DNA of 60,540 bases from an uncultured virus (IMG/VR IMGVR_UViG_3300027749_002987) (IMGVR_UViG_3300027749_002987); one strand, 5' to 3'; positions 27,129 through 37,470 are shown, counted from the first letter of the stretch. A program made the numbers and translations. The notes: generated by a model from the sequence alone, not told the origin.

Positions 27129-27854
27129 ATGGCCCAACTGCCGTACGATTGGTCGGAATTAACCCGCAGTAATCTCTACTCTATGTTCTACTCGCTTAAC
27201 GGTGAAATAGTGGGCAAAGAACTATCTCCTAGTCAAATCCAAAAACGCATTATTAGACATGTTAAAGCACACATGCCGCTTAAACTTAAAAAATGCCTAT
27301 ATGCGCCCACTACTCCTGGTTTTGTTTTTATGGGTGGGGTATATTATAGCGAGTTGGATCGAAAAAAATTGCCTGCTATAGAAGTCAATTTTAATTACAA
27401 TCCTGCTGACAAGAAACTTAAACTTACCCAACATCGATTTAAGCGCATGGCTGTGAGATTTGCCGATGTTGTGCTACATGAAATTGTACATCAACGTCAA
27501 TTTCGAGCTAGAAATTTTAAAAATATCCCAGGTTATCAAAGTACAGCAGAATACGCCAAAGATCGTAAAAAGCAAGAATACTACGGCGACAGGGATGAAA
27601 TGGGTGCTCACGCATTTAATTGTGCGTGTGAGCTAGTTGATAGATTCGGGTACGATCCTACCGCTGTTGCTCATTACTTAGATTCTAATCAATGTCGCAG
27701 ACATAAAAACTCCACTTGGAATGATTACTTAAAAGTTTTTGAGTGGAATCACAACCATCCAATCATACGCAGAATGAGAAATTTAATCCTGCGTAATTTG
27801 GAAAATGCCGCTAACGGTAAACCATTTAAGACCACAAACCACTTGACATACTGA
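27129..27854 (+). CDS. HExxH domain protein (similar to 18150 ORF)
   Basis: VLHEIVHQRQ...YY..RDEMGAHA. Confidence 0.65.
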   Translation: MAQLPYDWSELTRSNLYSMFYSLNGEIVGKELSPSQIQKRIIRHVKAHMPLKLKKCLYAPTTPGFVFMGGVYYSELDRKKLPAIEVNFNYNPADKKLKLTQHRFKRMAVRFADVVLHEIVHQRQFRARNFKNIPGYQSTAEYAKDRKKQEYYGDRDEMGAHAFNCACELVDRFGYDPTAVAHYLDSNQCRRHKNSTWNDYLKVFEWNHNHPIIRRMRNLILRNLENAANGKPFKTTNHLTY

Positions 27855-27871
27855 TAATTACTCTGTATAAT
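27843..27871 (+). promoter_or_regulatory. consensus sigma70 promoter
   Basis: TTGACA-17 nt-TATAAT. Confidence 0.9.
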
Positions 27872-27903
27872 ATACACTTAAACAGTTAATTATTGGAGTC
27901 GAA

Positions 27904-29229
27904 ATGAGCGTTTGTGCCAGTCATATTTGGGATTTGGAAAGTCACCCTTCTCGCCTAAACAAAGAAGCTATCATTGAAGCTATTGCCCAATCAGGTAATA
28001 AGGAATTCTTTGAAGGCTGTCGCTTGGCTCTTGATCCTATGATAACTTTTGGTATTAAACAAGTTCCGGAGAAAACAGATGAAGATGGCCCTGGCTTACC
28101 TTGGGATAGTTTTACTCTCGCTCTTACTGGCTTTGTCACTCGCAATATCACCGGCAATACAGCACGTGATATGATTCAGGCCATGATGAAGTCAGCTACC
28201 AAAAAAGAATGGAATGGGTGGTATCGTCGTATCCTTATCAAAGACTTGCGCTGTGGTACCAGCGAAAAAACAATCAACAAAGTAGTGGAGAAGAAATATG
28301 CTGACTACGCTATTCCCGTATTTGGTTGTCAGCTTGCTCATGACAGTGCTAATCATGAAACTAAAGTCGCCGGCAAGAAACTTATCGAAGTCAAACTTGA
28401 CGGTGTCCGTGTTATCACTATCGTTCGTGCTGATGGTCGTGTGGACATGTTCAGTCGTAACGGTAAAGAGCTTGCTAACTTTCCTCATATAGCACAACAG
28501 ATTTCAAACGTGATCCAACTAAAAGGTTCTAGTAAGAGTATGGACGTTGTATTAGATGGAGAAATTATGAGCTCCAGTTTTCAGGACTTGATGAAGCAAG
28601 TACACCGCAAGGATAATGTGGAAGCAGGCGATGCTATTCTTAACCTGTTTGATGTACTGCCGTTGGAGGATTTTGAAAAAGGTATTTACGATAAAGATCA
28701 AACTACACGTAGTAGCATGGTTAAGTTTTGGGTAGAACAAAATCAAGCATTGTTGCCTAATGTAACCTATGTTGCAAATGAACTGATTGATTTGGATACT
28801 GAAGCGGGTCAAGATCGCTACAAAGAAATCAATGCCAAGGCCATTGCAGGCGGGTACGAAGGTATTATGCTGAAAGATCCCGATGCCGGTTATGAATGCA
28901 AGCGTAGTGTGGCATGGTTGAAGTTAAAGCCATTCATTGAAGTTAGTCTAGCAGTGGTCGCAGTAGAAGAAGGTACAGGTAAAAATGTAGGTAAACTTGG
29001 TGCGCTAGTATGCGAAGGAGAAGATGATGGGAAACGAATCAGAGTCAACGTTGGCAGTGGCTTTACAGATATTGATCGTGATAGTTTTTGGAGCAGCCGT
29101 GATAGTCTTAGCGGAAATATTGTTGAAGTTAGAGCAGATGCTGTAACACAGAATCAAGACGGCACATACAGTTTGCGGTTTCCCCGATTCAAAGGATTCC
29201 GTGGATTTGTAGCAGGAGAGAAAATATGA
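27904..29229 (+). CDS. ATP-dependent DNA ligase
   Basis: EVKLDGVR, SRNGK, LDGEI, EGIMLK, WLKLK, VGSGF, SLRFPRF. Confidence 0.95.
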   Translation: MSVCASHIWDLESHPSRLNKEAIIEAIAQSGNKEFFEGCRLALDPMITFGIKQVPEKTDEDGPGLPWDSFTLALTGFVTRNITGNTARDMIQAMMKSATKKEWNGWYRRILIKDLRCGTSEKTINKVVEKKYADYAIPVFGCQLAHDSANHETKVAGKKLIEVKLDGVRVITIVRADGRVDMFSRNGKELANFPHIAQQISNVIQLKGSSKSMDVVLDGEIMSSSFQDLMKQVHRKDNVEAGDAILNLFDVLPLEDFEKGIYDKDQTTRSSMVKFWVEQNQALLPNVTYVANELIDLDTEAGQDRYKEINAKAIAGGYEGIMLKDPDAGYECKRSVAWLKLKPFIEVSLAVVAVEEGTGKNVGKLGALVCEGEDDGKRIRVNVGSGFTDIDRDSFWSSRDSLSGNIVEVRADAVTQNQDGTYSLRFPRFKGFRGFVAGEKI

Positions 29230-29426
29230 CCGAAGTTAGTAGAGTAGCGGCACAGACTACAGAGATGTACCGACAACTTGATATTAAAAAGCTAGATAAA
29301 CGACATGAAGAACTACGATTAGAAGAACAACGGATTCGACTAAATCTTAAAGATAACGAAGAAAAAAGAATTGAAATGAACCAACGAATGAATCGTCCGG
29401 GACAAAATGTAGATAGGATGGCATAA
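29226..29426 (+). CDS. hypothetical coiled-coil protein
   Basis: ATGA coupling; AGGAG RBS. Confidence 0.65.
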   Translation: MTEVSRVAAQTTEMYRQLDIKKLDKRHEELRLEEQRIRLNLKDNEEKRIEMNQRMNRPGQNVDRMA

Positions 29427-29788
29427 TGACAAACCCGTTTAGAGATCAAGAAAAATTTATGAAGGCTTGCGACCAAAGTGTTGAGAGCTTTAACCAAGAA
29501 CAGTTTAAATTGTATCTTAATCTAATCAAAGAAGAATATAAAGAACTTAACGAAGCTGTTAATAACCATGATCAAGTAGAAACACTCGATGCACTAGTTG
29601 ATATCTTGGTAGTGACTATCGGTGCTATTCACAGCATGGGTAGTGATGCAGAAGGCGCATGGAAGGAAGTCATGCAGACTAACTTTGCCAAGATAGATCA
29701 CGAAACTGGTAAGGTTCGTAAGCGTGACGATGGAAAAGTTTTGAAGCCCGTGGGTTGGGTGCCACCCAATCTTAAACAATTTATTTAA
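29426..29788 (+). CDS. MazG-like nucleotide pyrophosphohydrolase
   Basis: LIKEEYKEL, DALVDI, N.AK...R.DGKVLKP..W. Confidence 0.85.
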   Translation: MTNPFRDQEKFMKACDQSVESFNQEQFKLYLNLIKEEYKELNEAVNNHDQVETLDALVDILVVTIGAIHSMGSDAEGAWKEVMQTNFAKIDHETGKVRKRDDGKVLKPVGWVPPNLKQFI

Positions 29789-29798
29789 GGAGACTAAT

Positions 29799-30494
29799 AT
29801 GTTTGGTGCAAATTATGTAGGTAACGGTTTGTTAAATTATCGTTCTGCTGGTGAAATTAATGAAGCAATGGGACGTGTCTATGGACACATGAGCCTGGCA
29901 GTTGTTGTATCGATGATTGTCAGCTACTTTGTTGGTACTAGCCCAGAGTTGTTGGCATTCTTTTTTACAGGTGTGATGAAGTGGATTGTGATTTTTTCTC
30001 CGCTTGCGGCAATCTTTGGCGTTGGTTATGTGCTGGGTAACAATCCCAGCAAAAGTGTAGCACAGTTATGTTTACATGGTTTTGCGGCGTTGATGGGACT
30101 CAGCTTTGCCACAATCTTTGCTCTATTCACTATGGGGTCAATTGTGTCAGCATTTATGGGTGCGGCTATCTTGTTTGCTGTCATGAGTGGGTACGGCTAC
30201 TTTACCAAACGCAGTCTAGACAGTCTTGGCAAGTTCATGCTTGTTGGATTGATCGCTATTGTGATCGCCAGCATCATCAATATCTTTATTGGTAGCTCAG
30301 TAATGCAAATGGTCATCTCAGCATTAGCCATTGTAATCTTTATGGGCTTGACTGCATACGACACACAACAGATCCGTGAGGAATTGAGTGTAGACACTAG
30401 TCCAGCCGCAGAAGTATCGGGTGCGTTGACTCTTTATATGGACTTTATCAACTTGTTTATTAACTTGTTACAATTATTTGGAGATAGAAAATAA
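29799..30494 (+). CDS. Bax inhibitor-1/YccA family membrane protein
   Basis: about seven hydrophobic helices; GLTAYDTQ.I, AL.LYMDFINLF. Confidence 0.9.
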   Translation: MFGANYVGNGLLNYRSAGEINEAMGRVYGHMSLAVVVSMIVSYFVGTSPELLAFFFTGVMKWIVIFSPLAAIFGVGYVLGNNPSKSVAQLCLHGFAALMGLSFATIFALFTMGSIVSAFMGAAILFAVMSGYGYFTKRSLDSLGKFMLVGLIAIVIASIINIFIGSSVMQMVISALAIVIFMGLTAYDTQQIREELSVDTSPAAEVSGALTLYMDFINLFINLLQLFGDRK

Positions 30495-30495
30495 A

Positions 30496-31341
30496 ATGGC
30501 ACAACACACCAACTACTGGAGCTGTACTCCTTTTGCAGACTGGCTTCGCGGCACTAAGAAATTGGGCGCGGGCACAGCCGAAGAATGGGACGACTGGACC
30601 ACTGCGGCACAGATGAAGCATAATTTTCGTTACTGGCTAGCTGAAGAGGGTCTAGGCTATATCCAGGATTTTGTAACTTGGCCTGTTAGAAAGATTTACG
30701 ATGTTAAGTACTATATTAATAATCGTTGGGTTACTCGTACTCACGCTCTTACCGCCCATACTCGTGATATCAAGCCTGGGCATTGGTGCGATGTTGGCAA
30801 TCGGTTCCTGCCATGCCTATTTAATGAGCTGGTTGATTTCGTCGAAGTTGAATCCGCATGGTCGCACATCGCCTGGGGAGATAAGGAAGCTCGCGCAAAG
30901 TATGATCCTCCCTTTTGGGCTTCTGGTTGGTTCCGTTGGCGCACTTGGCGTTGCCCTCAGGCAGGCATCGATCATCTTGACTGGGCAATGACCTTAGTTA
31001 TGGATGACAGTATGGGTGTTGAACAAGACAGTCCTAACTTTGGTAAACCTACTGGTCAAGCACTTCGTGCAAAAGAAATCAAAGAGTTATACACATGGTG
31101 GACCACTGTATATCCTAATCGTCCTGATCCATACGAAGCAAGTGGTTGGACAGAGTACTGTGAACTGAGTCGTGTTCTTAACGGTGGCAAGCTAAGTTTT
31201 AGAAATGACAGGAGTCCTGAACTTGAAGAAATGAGCAATAAGTCACACAAGCTACTACAAGAAATTGAAGCGGCCTACGAAGCAGAAGATGAAGCCATGA
31301 TGATCCGATTGATCAAGGCCCGTGATAGTTTATGGACTTGA
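30496..31341 (+). CDS. hypothetical Trp-rich protein
   Basis: start MAQH (30496). Confidence 0.75.
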   Translation: MAQHTNYWSCTPFADWLRGTKKLGAGTAEEWDDWTTAAQMKHNFRYWLAEEGLGYIQDFVTWPVRKIYDVKYYINNRWVTRTHALTAHTRDIKPGHWCDVGNRFLPCLFNELVDFVEVESAWSHIAWGDKEARAKYDPPFWASGWFRWRTWRCPQAGIDHLDWAMTLVMDDSMGVEQDSPNFGKPTGQALRAKEIKELYTWWTTVYPNRPDPYEASGWTEYCELSRVLNGGKLSFRNDRSPELEEMSNKSHKLLQEIEAAYEAEDEAMMIRLIKARDSLWT

Positions 31342-31907
31342 GAAAATTAAAAGACGAGGTGGATACTAGTAAAATTATCGTACTCGATAATGCGTTTCCC
31401 GCATGGTTTGAAACTTACATAGATAAAATCAGCAGAGGCATACCGTGGAGTTGGATTGAAATTGATGCCATGCACAATGCTGGGAAAGAATGGGCATTGA
31501 GCTACATGGTGTTCGATATTACCAACAGAGAAGTTAATGAGTTCCACAGTATTACCAAGTTGCTGAATGATGCACTAACTATTGATGTAATACCCAAAGC
31601 ACTGCCAGACTTAGAAGTGGTTAGACTTGCACGGGTGCGGTTCAATGGAACATTGCGTGGGTTTGATCTTAATCCTCATATTGATTATCCAGACCCAATT
31701 GCCTGGGTATTAGTTTATTATGTAAACGACAGTGACGGCGATACTGTGTTTTACGACACTGATCATACTACTGAAATATTTAGATGTCAGTATAAAAAAG
31801 GTCGAGCAGTTTTGTTTCCAGCCAATATCCATCATAAAGCAGAAGCACCTAAAAACAGTCCATTAAGGATAAGCATTGGTGTACACTACATTATGAAAGA
31901 TAAATGA
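31332..31907 (+). CDS. 2OG-Fe(II) oxygenase
   Basis: PHID, YYVNDSDGDT, HKA..P....RIS. Confidence 0.85.
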   Translation: MDLRKLKDEVDTSKIIVLDNAFPAWFETYIDKISRGIPWSWIEIDAMHNAGKEWALSYMVFDITNREVNEFHSITKLLNDALTIDVIPKALPDLEVVRLARVRFNGTLRGFDLNPHIDYPDPIAWVLVYYVNDSDGDTVFYDTDHTTEIFRCQYKKGRAVLFPANIHHKAEAPKNSPLRISIGVHYIMKDK

Positions 31908-33265
31908 AACAACGGATATTTGAAATAAAAGATATAACAGATACAGCTAGTAAAACATTTTGTCTTGCTAAATGGCATCATACTACTATCTACTTGCAGT
32001 CAGGTGAAACACACAGTTGTTATCACCCTGCCCCACATACTATCCCGCTGGAAGAGATTAAAAGTAATCCTAGTGCGATACATAATACCAACGAAAAAAA
32101 GACACAGCGTTTAGAAATGTTAAACGGTGAAAAACCCAGTGGATGCCAGTACTGTTGGAACATTGAAGCAATGGGCGATGATTACATCAGCGATCGCCAC
32201 GAACGCAATGCCAGTATATACACAGACCATCGATTTAATGAGATACTTACGCAAGGCCCTGACTTTAATGTTAATCCAGAATACATTGAAGTAAGTTTTG
32301 GAAATGAGTGCAATTTTAAATGCGGGTACTGTCATCCAAAAGCGTCTAGTGCCTACTACAAAGAAATAAAACAACACGGCCCATACCCAGTCAAGAATCA
32401 CCACTTTGGTATAGACAAACTTGTTATCTACGAAGAAGAATCGAATCCGTATGTGGATGCATGGTGGAAGTGGTGGCCAACTGTAAGTAGAACTCTAAAT
32501 ATTTTACGCATCACCGGCGGCGAGCCTTTATTGCAAAAATCGACATGGCGACTGCTAGAAGATTTAGATAAAAACCCGTTGCCAAACTTAGAACTAAACA
32601 TTAACAGTAACCTAGGTGTTAAACCCATTTTAGTTGAACGCCTAGCAGAAAAGGTTGAAAAACTCAGAGCTGAGAAAAAGATAAAAGGATTTAAACTGTT
32701 CACTAGTTTAGATACTTGGGGCGCTCCGGCAGAATACATACGCACTGGACTAGATTTGAAATCTTGGGAATACAATTTCCATACATATATGTTAAAGACT
32801 AAAAATCCAATTACATTTATGATAACATTCAATATATTGTCAGTGACCGGATTTAAGACACTCTTGCAAAAACTGTTAGAATGGCGTAGACTATATGGGT
32901 GGTACGCACATATTAATCAGCACAGAATTAGATTTGATACTCCGTATCTTAAAGAACCTTTACAGTACGATATAAATATCTTACCTAAAGAAGAATTTAT
33001 GCCATATATGCATGCTAGTTTAAATTTTATAAAAGACAATATCGGACTCACTGCTGGTACATTTTCAGAGTTGGAATATGAAAAATTTCGTAGAGTAGTC
33101 AACTATATGGAGACTACTTTTTACTCCGATAATAAATTAAGAGAAGGCCGCAAAGACTTCCATGCATGGTTCGCTGAACATGATCATAGGCGAAATACAG
33201 ATTTTAAAAAAACATTTCCAGAAATGACTGGATTTTATCAAATATGCGAAAAAGAAAATGAATAA
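31904..33265 (+). CDS. radical SAM protein with N-terminal SPASM/twitch-like Cys cluster
   Basis: CNFKCGYC, TGGEP; N-terminal C...SCYH...CQYC. Confidence 0.9.
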   Translation: MKQRIFEIKDITDTASKTFCLAKWHHTTIYLQSGETHSCYHPAPHTIPLEEIKSNPSAIHNTNEKKTQRLEMLNGEKPSGCQYCWNIEAMGDDYISDRHERNASIYTDHRFNEILTQGPDFNVNPEYIEVSFGNECNFKCGYCHPKASSAYYKEIKQHGPYPVKNHHFGIDKLVIYEEESNPYVDAWWKWWPTVSRTLNILRITGGEPLLQKSTWRLLEDLDKNPLPNLELNINSNLGVKPILVERLAEKVEKLRAEKKIKGFKLFTSLDTWGAPAEYIRTGLDLKSWEYNFHTYMLKTKNPITFMITFNILSVTGFKTLLQKLLEWRRLYGWYAHINQHRIRFDTPYLKEPLQYDINILPKEEFMPYMHASLNFIKDNIGLTAGTFSELEYEKFRRVVNYMETTFYSDNKLREGRKDFHAWFAEHDHRRNTDFKKTFPEMTGFYQICEKENE

Positions 33266-34145
33266 TCTTACTGTTAATAAACATAACTTGGGACGAATTA
33301 TTGATAGAGTTGACTCATACAATAGCATTGCTGTTAATTTCTCAGACCGCACCGCCCCAACTACTTTTAGTCCTAATGGTACTGATACTGAAAAACTTTA
33401 TTTTAAAAATCTAAAGATTATGGGACCATCATGGCGATATGCTACTAAGCAAATTTCATATGCAAAAAACTCATTAGGATACCGTAGCAAAGACCTATCC
33501 GATGTTACTGATAACAATTTCTTTATGGTGTTTGGTTGCAGTTTCACGGAGGGCGAAGGATTAGCTGAAGACGAAATGTGGGCGAATATCCTTAGCGACA
33601 AATTAAATATACCTGTAATTAATCATGCCAAGGGCGGCGGAAGTGCAGAATTAGTTTATCTTAACTCTTTGTTATTTTTAAAAAACACATCTAGCATCAG
33701 ACCAAAATTTGTAGTAATACAATGGCCTCAAACCTGTAGGATGATGTATAAAAATTTAGAAGCATATGGTATGCTCGGCCCTTGGCAGTTAGATGAAAGT
33801 TACGCAAACTTTCCCAAAGGTAGTCCAAATCTAACAGAATTTTATAGCTGTATGATCAAGCATAAATCAGACTCTTATAATGCTCTTATGATGTATCACT
33901 CGACTATACTATTATGGCGACTGGCCGGTATTCCGGTATACCAATGGACTTATGATACCATGTGGGAAGAACAATTAAATATCAAATTTGATGATATAAT
34001 TTGGGCAAATCTATCTGCCGGCGAGATGCTACCCGAAAATATGGCACGAGATGGTCTGCATTTTGGGGAAACCTGGAATCGTAGAGTTGCAGATAGACTA
34101 GCCAAAAGTATAGAAATCAAAATCTTAAATAGATCTACAGGTTGA
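33258..34145 (+). CDS. SGNH-like hydrolase/acyltransferase
   Basis: NSLGYR, FGCSFTEG.G, N.A.GG, ARDGLH. Confidence 0.65.
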   Translation: MNNLTVNKHNLGRIIDRVDSYNSIAVNFSDRTAPTTFSPNGTDTEKLYFKNLKIMGPSWRYATKQISYAKNSLGYRSKDLSDVTDNNFFMVFGCSFTEGEGLAEDEMWANILSDKLNIPVINHAKGGGSAELVYLNSLLFLKNTSSIRPKFVVIQWPQTCRMMYKNLEAYGMLGPWQLDESYANFPKGSPNLTEFYSCMIKHKSDSYNALMMYHSTILLWRLAGIPVYQWTYDTMWEEQLNIKFDDIIWANLSAGEMLPENMARDGLHFGETWNRRVADRLAKSIEIKILNRSTG

Positions 34146-34170
34146 CAACTACCTCCAACGGTGCTATAAT
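34142..34170 (+). promoter_or_regulatory. consensus sigma70 promoter with extended -10
   Basis: TTGACA-17 nt-(TGc)TATAAT. Confidence 0.9.
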
Positions 34171-34201
34171 ATGTATATTGTTTAACACACAGGAGTGAAA
34201 A

Positions 34202-35404
34202 ATGGCTAAAGTGGCAACCAAAACTAGAGTTACCAAAAAGCAGGTAACTGCTCATCGCACCAAAGCGGCTAAAGATCATAGCCCAGTTTGGGATAATGTA
34301 GAGTCTATGGACGCTTCGCAATTTTTGCGTCACTGGCATCATGCTATGGAATACTATCGCTTAGAATTCAACGGCAAAGATTTGAAGCCTGCTGTGCTTA
34401 AATGGATGGCTACTGTGGGTTGCACTAAGGAAGACATTGCCGCCTTTAAGAAAACTAAAGACAATCGTTGTAACTCAACCATGGGTGCTATTGCCAGCTG
34501 TTTACTTCGTGGGATGCCAGCAGTTCGCGCAGATTTTAATGACGGGCGAGATACTAGTGCTTGGTTGCGAGCAGAGATTGTCAAGGTTATCGCTGATGGT
34601 AAAAATGATGTTGACGAAGATGAAGCAAAGGCCGCTGAAGCAGCCAAGCCTGTAATTCCGCAACCTAGTATACAGGATCGGGTTCGTGAAGCTTCGTTCC
34701 GCATGACTGAAGAATTAGAGGATGCTATCGAAGGTTTTCAAAACGATCCAGAGTCGTTTGATCCAAAAGCATTTAAGGTTTTGAACTTGCTCAAAGGCAA
34801 AGAAGTCAAAGCCGCACATGCTCGTATTATTAAAAACCTATATGCTAGAGATCTAGCCGAGCTAGAAGAACTTGCTAGTGGTAACGGTGACGAGCAATTG
34901 AAAGAAGCATACAGCCATCGTACTAAAAAGCAAATTCGCAGTCTAATTGCGTTCTATCAAGAAATTGCAAGTGCATGTGATATGTTAGCACAAGAGGCTA
35001 AGGTTAATCGCGCTCCACGTGCTAAAAAGGCACAGCCTAAAGAAAAGATTGTTGCTAAACTCAAGTACATGAAATCTTGCGAACCTTTAAAACTTGTTAG
35101 TATTAATCCTACAGACATCATCGGTGCTAAGGAAGTATGGACTTACAACACTAAGAGCCGAAAGCTCGGACGCTATATTGCAGAAGAGTACAAAGAACTA
35201 GGTGTTAAGGGTGCAAGTATTGTTAACTTCAACGAGTCTACTAGTGTCCAGAAAACACTACGCAAGCCCGAAGAGAAACTTAAAGAGTTCAAAGCGGCAG
35301 GTAAGGTGCAGTTACGTAAGTTCTTAGACGATATCAATGCTACTGATACACGCCTAAATGGTCGTTTAAACGAAGAAATCATTATTCTTAAAGCATCTAG
35401 TTAA
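34202..35404 (+). CDS. hypothetical basic early protein
   Basis: 400-aa ORF, AGGAG RBS, directly after a strong promoter. Confidence 0.8.
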   Translation: MAKVATKTRVTKKQVTAHRTKAAKDHSPVWDNVESMDASQFLRHWHHAMEYYRLEFNGKDLKPAVLKWMATVGCTKEDIAAFKKTKDNRCNSTMGAIASCLLRGMPAVRADFNDGRDTSAWLRAEIVKVIADGKNDVDEDEAKAAEAAKPVIPQPSIQDRVREASFRMTEELEDAIEGFQNDPESFDPKAFKVLNLLKGKEVKAAHARIIKNLYARDLAELEELASGNGDEQLKEAYSHRTKKQIRSLIAFYQEIASACDMLAQEAKVNRAPRAKKAQPKEKIVAKLKYMKSCEPLKLVSINPTDIIGAKEVWTYNTKSRKLGRYIAEEYKELGVKGASIVNFNESTSVQKTLRKPEEKLKEFKAAGKVQLRKFLDDINATDTRLNGRLNEEIIILKASS

Positions 35405-35412
35405 GCACCAGT

Positions 35413-35450
35413 CCGTGGATAAATACTCAAAAGAGAGTGTTTATCCATGG
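35413..35450 (+). promoter_or_regulatory. late promoter GATAAATA inside a 16-bp hairpin covering RBS and start codon
   Basis: CCGTGGATAAATACTC-AAAAGA-GAGTGTTTATCCATGG. Confidence 0.8.
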
Positions 35451-37468
35451 CTGACAATACAATTATACCAGACGGTTCTATAAGTGGAAACAAGGTTTCC
35501 GGCGGCGTAATCACGCAATTCCAAAGTACCGGCATACAAGATCTAGCTGGTCAAACTAGTCTTATTGTTTCTAACGGTATGGCTACTGTTGACACCATTA
35601 GAACAAAGAAGCTAGACGGAAACGTACAAGTTGCTGGAAACTTAACAGTTGACGGCACTATTAGTGTTTCGGAAGATACAAGATTTCTTAAAGATTTAAT
35701 CATATCTGGTAATATTAGTGCAAATACAATTACCGTTGCTAACTTAATCGCAGATGTAACACAAGAAACTAGAGAGCCGTTAACATTCACAGGCATGCAA
35801 AATGCTGATTTAAATGGAAAGGGGCTTGTTTGGAAAGTTGGACCAACTGTCGTTAGTTCATTACTTTACAGAAATGGTCGACTAGCATCTACTCTAGAAA
35901 TAGATTTGGGTGTAGACCAAAGCTATCACATCAGTGGCTCACCTGTACTATCGCATACGGCACTAGGTACAGGAGTTACTAGTAGTAATTTAAAAACCCT
36001 AGGTCGATTACAGTCGTTAACAGTAGACGGACTTACTGAAATTAACGGACTTACTAAATTCAATAACTCGGTTGAGATTGACGGCCCTGTTACAATTACC
36101 GGCACTCTAACTGCTCAAACAATTAAAGCTAGTCAAGTAATTACTGAATCGGGTGCGGCTTTTGAGTTAGGAAACTTTACTGCCAACACTGAACAACAAT
36201 TAAACGGACAGGGCATACATTGGGTAACTGGTACTAGCGACAACATGCTAGTATATCGAAACGGTTCTAGATTGTGGACTAACAGCCATTTAGACTTAGA
36301 TGTAAACTCTAGTTTTAGGATCGACAATGTACCAGTACTATCCAATGGTACTTTAGGATCCACTATTGTTAATAGTAATTTAAAAACTGTTGGAACTTTG
36401 GAAAGTTTGTCAGTATCAGGCGATACTGCCCTTGGAGAGTTTGTCTTTATTAATAGTACATACAACAGAATTGGTATTGGCACTGACGAGCCTAATGCTA
36501 GTTTCAGTATTGTTGATAACAATGTTGAAATCGGTATCGGGAGTCAGAGAACTAATGTAGCCTCTATTGGAACACACAGTAATCACGATCTCGAAATTAC
36601 TACAGACAATATTGCACGTATCACTGTAAAGAATAGCGGAGAAGTAAACTTTGGTAACGCCGCTGGTCAAAATGCTGTGGTGAATATTTATGGTACATTG
36701 CATGTTAGCAATCTAGTGGCTGACACTAGAATAGACCGAACAAGTCCAATGCAATTCCAAGCAACTACAGATACTAGCATATACGGTCTAGGTTTGGTAT
36801 GGTCTGGTACGGGTGCGCCAAGACAGTTGATTATGATGGCTGGCCCTGACAGGTTATACAGCAGTGAAAGTATAGATCTGCATGCTGATCAAAGCTATTA
36901 CATTGGCAGCAGAGTTGCTGTCACTGCCACAGGGTTAGGATCTAGTATTGTTAATAGTAACTTAACTGCTCTTGGAACATTAAATTCATTATCAGTATCG
37001 GGACATAGTACATTTTTAGATGACATCGATGCAAGCCAGGGTAATGTTAAAGTTAAGTCACTACTACTAAATGACGGCACAAACAGTATAGATATTACTA
37101 CAGCTAACATTAACTTCGGTGGAGTAGTATCAATCACTAATCAGCAGTCAAATGTACTTAGTAGTGATTCAACACAGATTGTACTAGGTGATAAATCTAA
37201 CACACGTAAAACTGTTAAGGTTTTCGGAGCACTGACTGTAGGGGTTAATAATCCAGATCCAAGTTTAAGTTTTGCTGTCAACGGTGATGTTAGTATTGGC
37301 AATAAACGATTCACAAATAATACAAGTTTTCCAACAGTAGGAACTTACAATGCAGGTGATGTCTGCTGGAATACTGAGCCAAGAGCAAACAGCTATGTTG
37401 GCTGGGTATGCACAGTGTCTGGCAATCCTGGTCAATGGTTAGGGTTTGGCATGATTGCTAATCAATAA
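35447..37468 (+). CDS. putative virion fibre/spike protein
   Basis: Gly/Thr/Ser-rich; three G.GL.W...LG..V.SNL..LG.L.SL.V repeats; C-terminal GD..WN..P...GWVC..SG.PG.W. Confidence 0.65.
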   Translation: MADNTIIPDGSISGNKVSGGVITQFQSTGIQDLAGQTSLIVSNGMATVDTIRTKKLDGNVQVAGNLTVDGTISVSEDTRFLKDLIISGNISANTITVANLIADVTQETREPLTFTGMQNADLNGKGLVWKVGPTVVSSLLYRNGRLASTLEIDLGVDQSYHISGSPVLSHTALGTGVTSSNLKTLGRLQSLTVDGLTEINGLTKFNNSVEIDGPVTITGTLTAQTIKASQVITESGAAFELGNFTANTEQQLNGQGIHWVTGTSDNMLVYRNGSRLWTNSHLDLDVNSSFRIDNVPVLSNGTLGSTIVNSNLKTVGTLESLSVSGDTALGEFVFINSTYNRIGIGTDEPNASFSIVDNNVEIGIGSQRTNVASIGTHSNHDLEITTDNIARITVKNSGEVNFGNAAGQNAVVNIYGTLHVSNLVADTRIDRTSPMQFQATTDTSIYGLGLVWSGTGAPRQLIMMAGPDRLYSSESIDLHADQSYYIGSRVAVTATGLGSSIVNSNLTALGTLNSLSVSGHSTFLDDIDASQGNVKVKSLLLNDGTNSIDITTANINFGGVVSITNQQSNVLSSDSTQIVLGDKSNTRKTVKVFGALTVGVNNPDPSLSFAVNGDVSIGNKRFTNNTSFPTVGTYNAGDVCWNTEPRANSYVGWVCTVSGNPGQWLGFGMIANQ

Positions 37469-37470
37469 AC

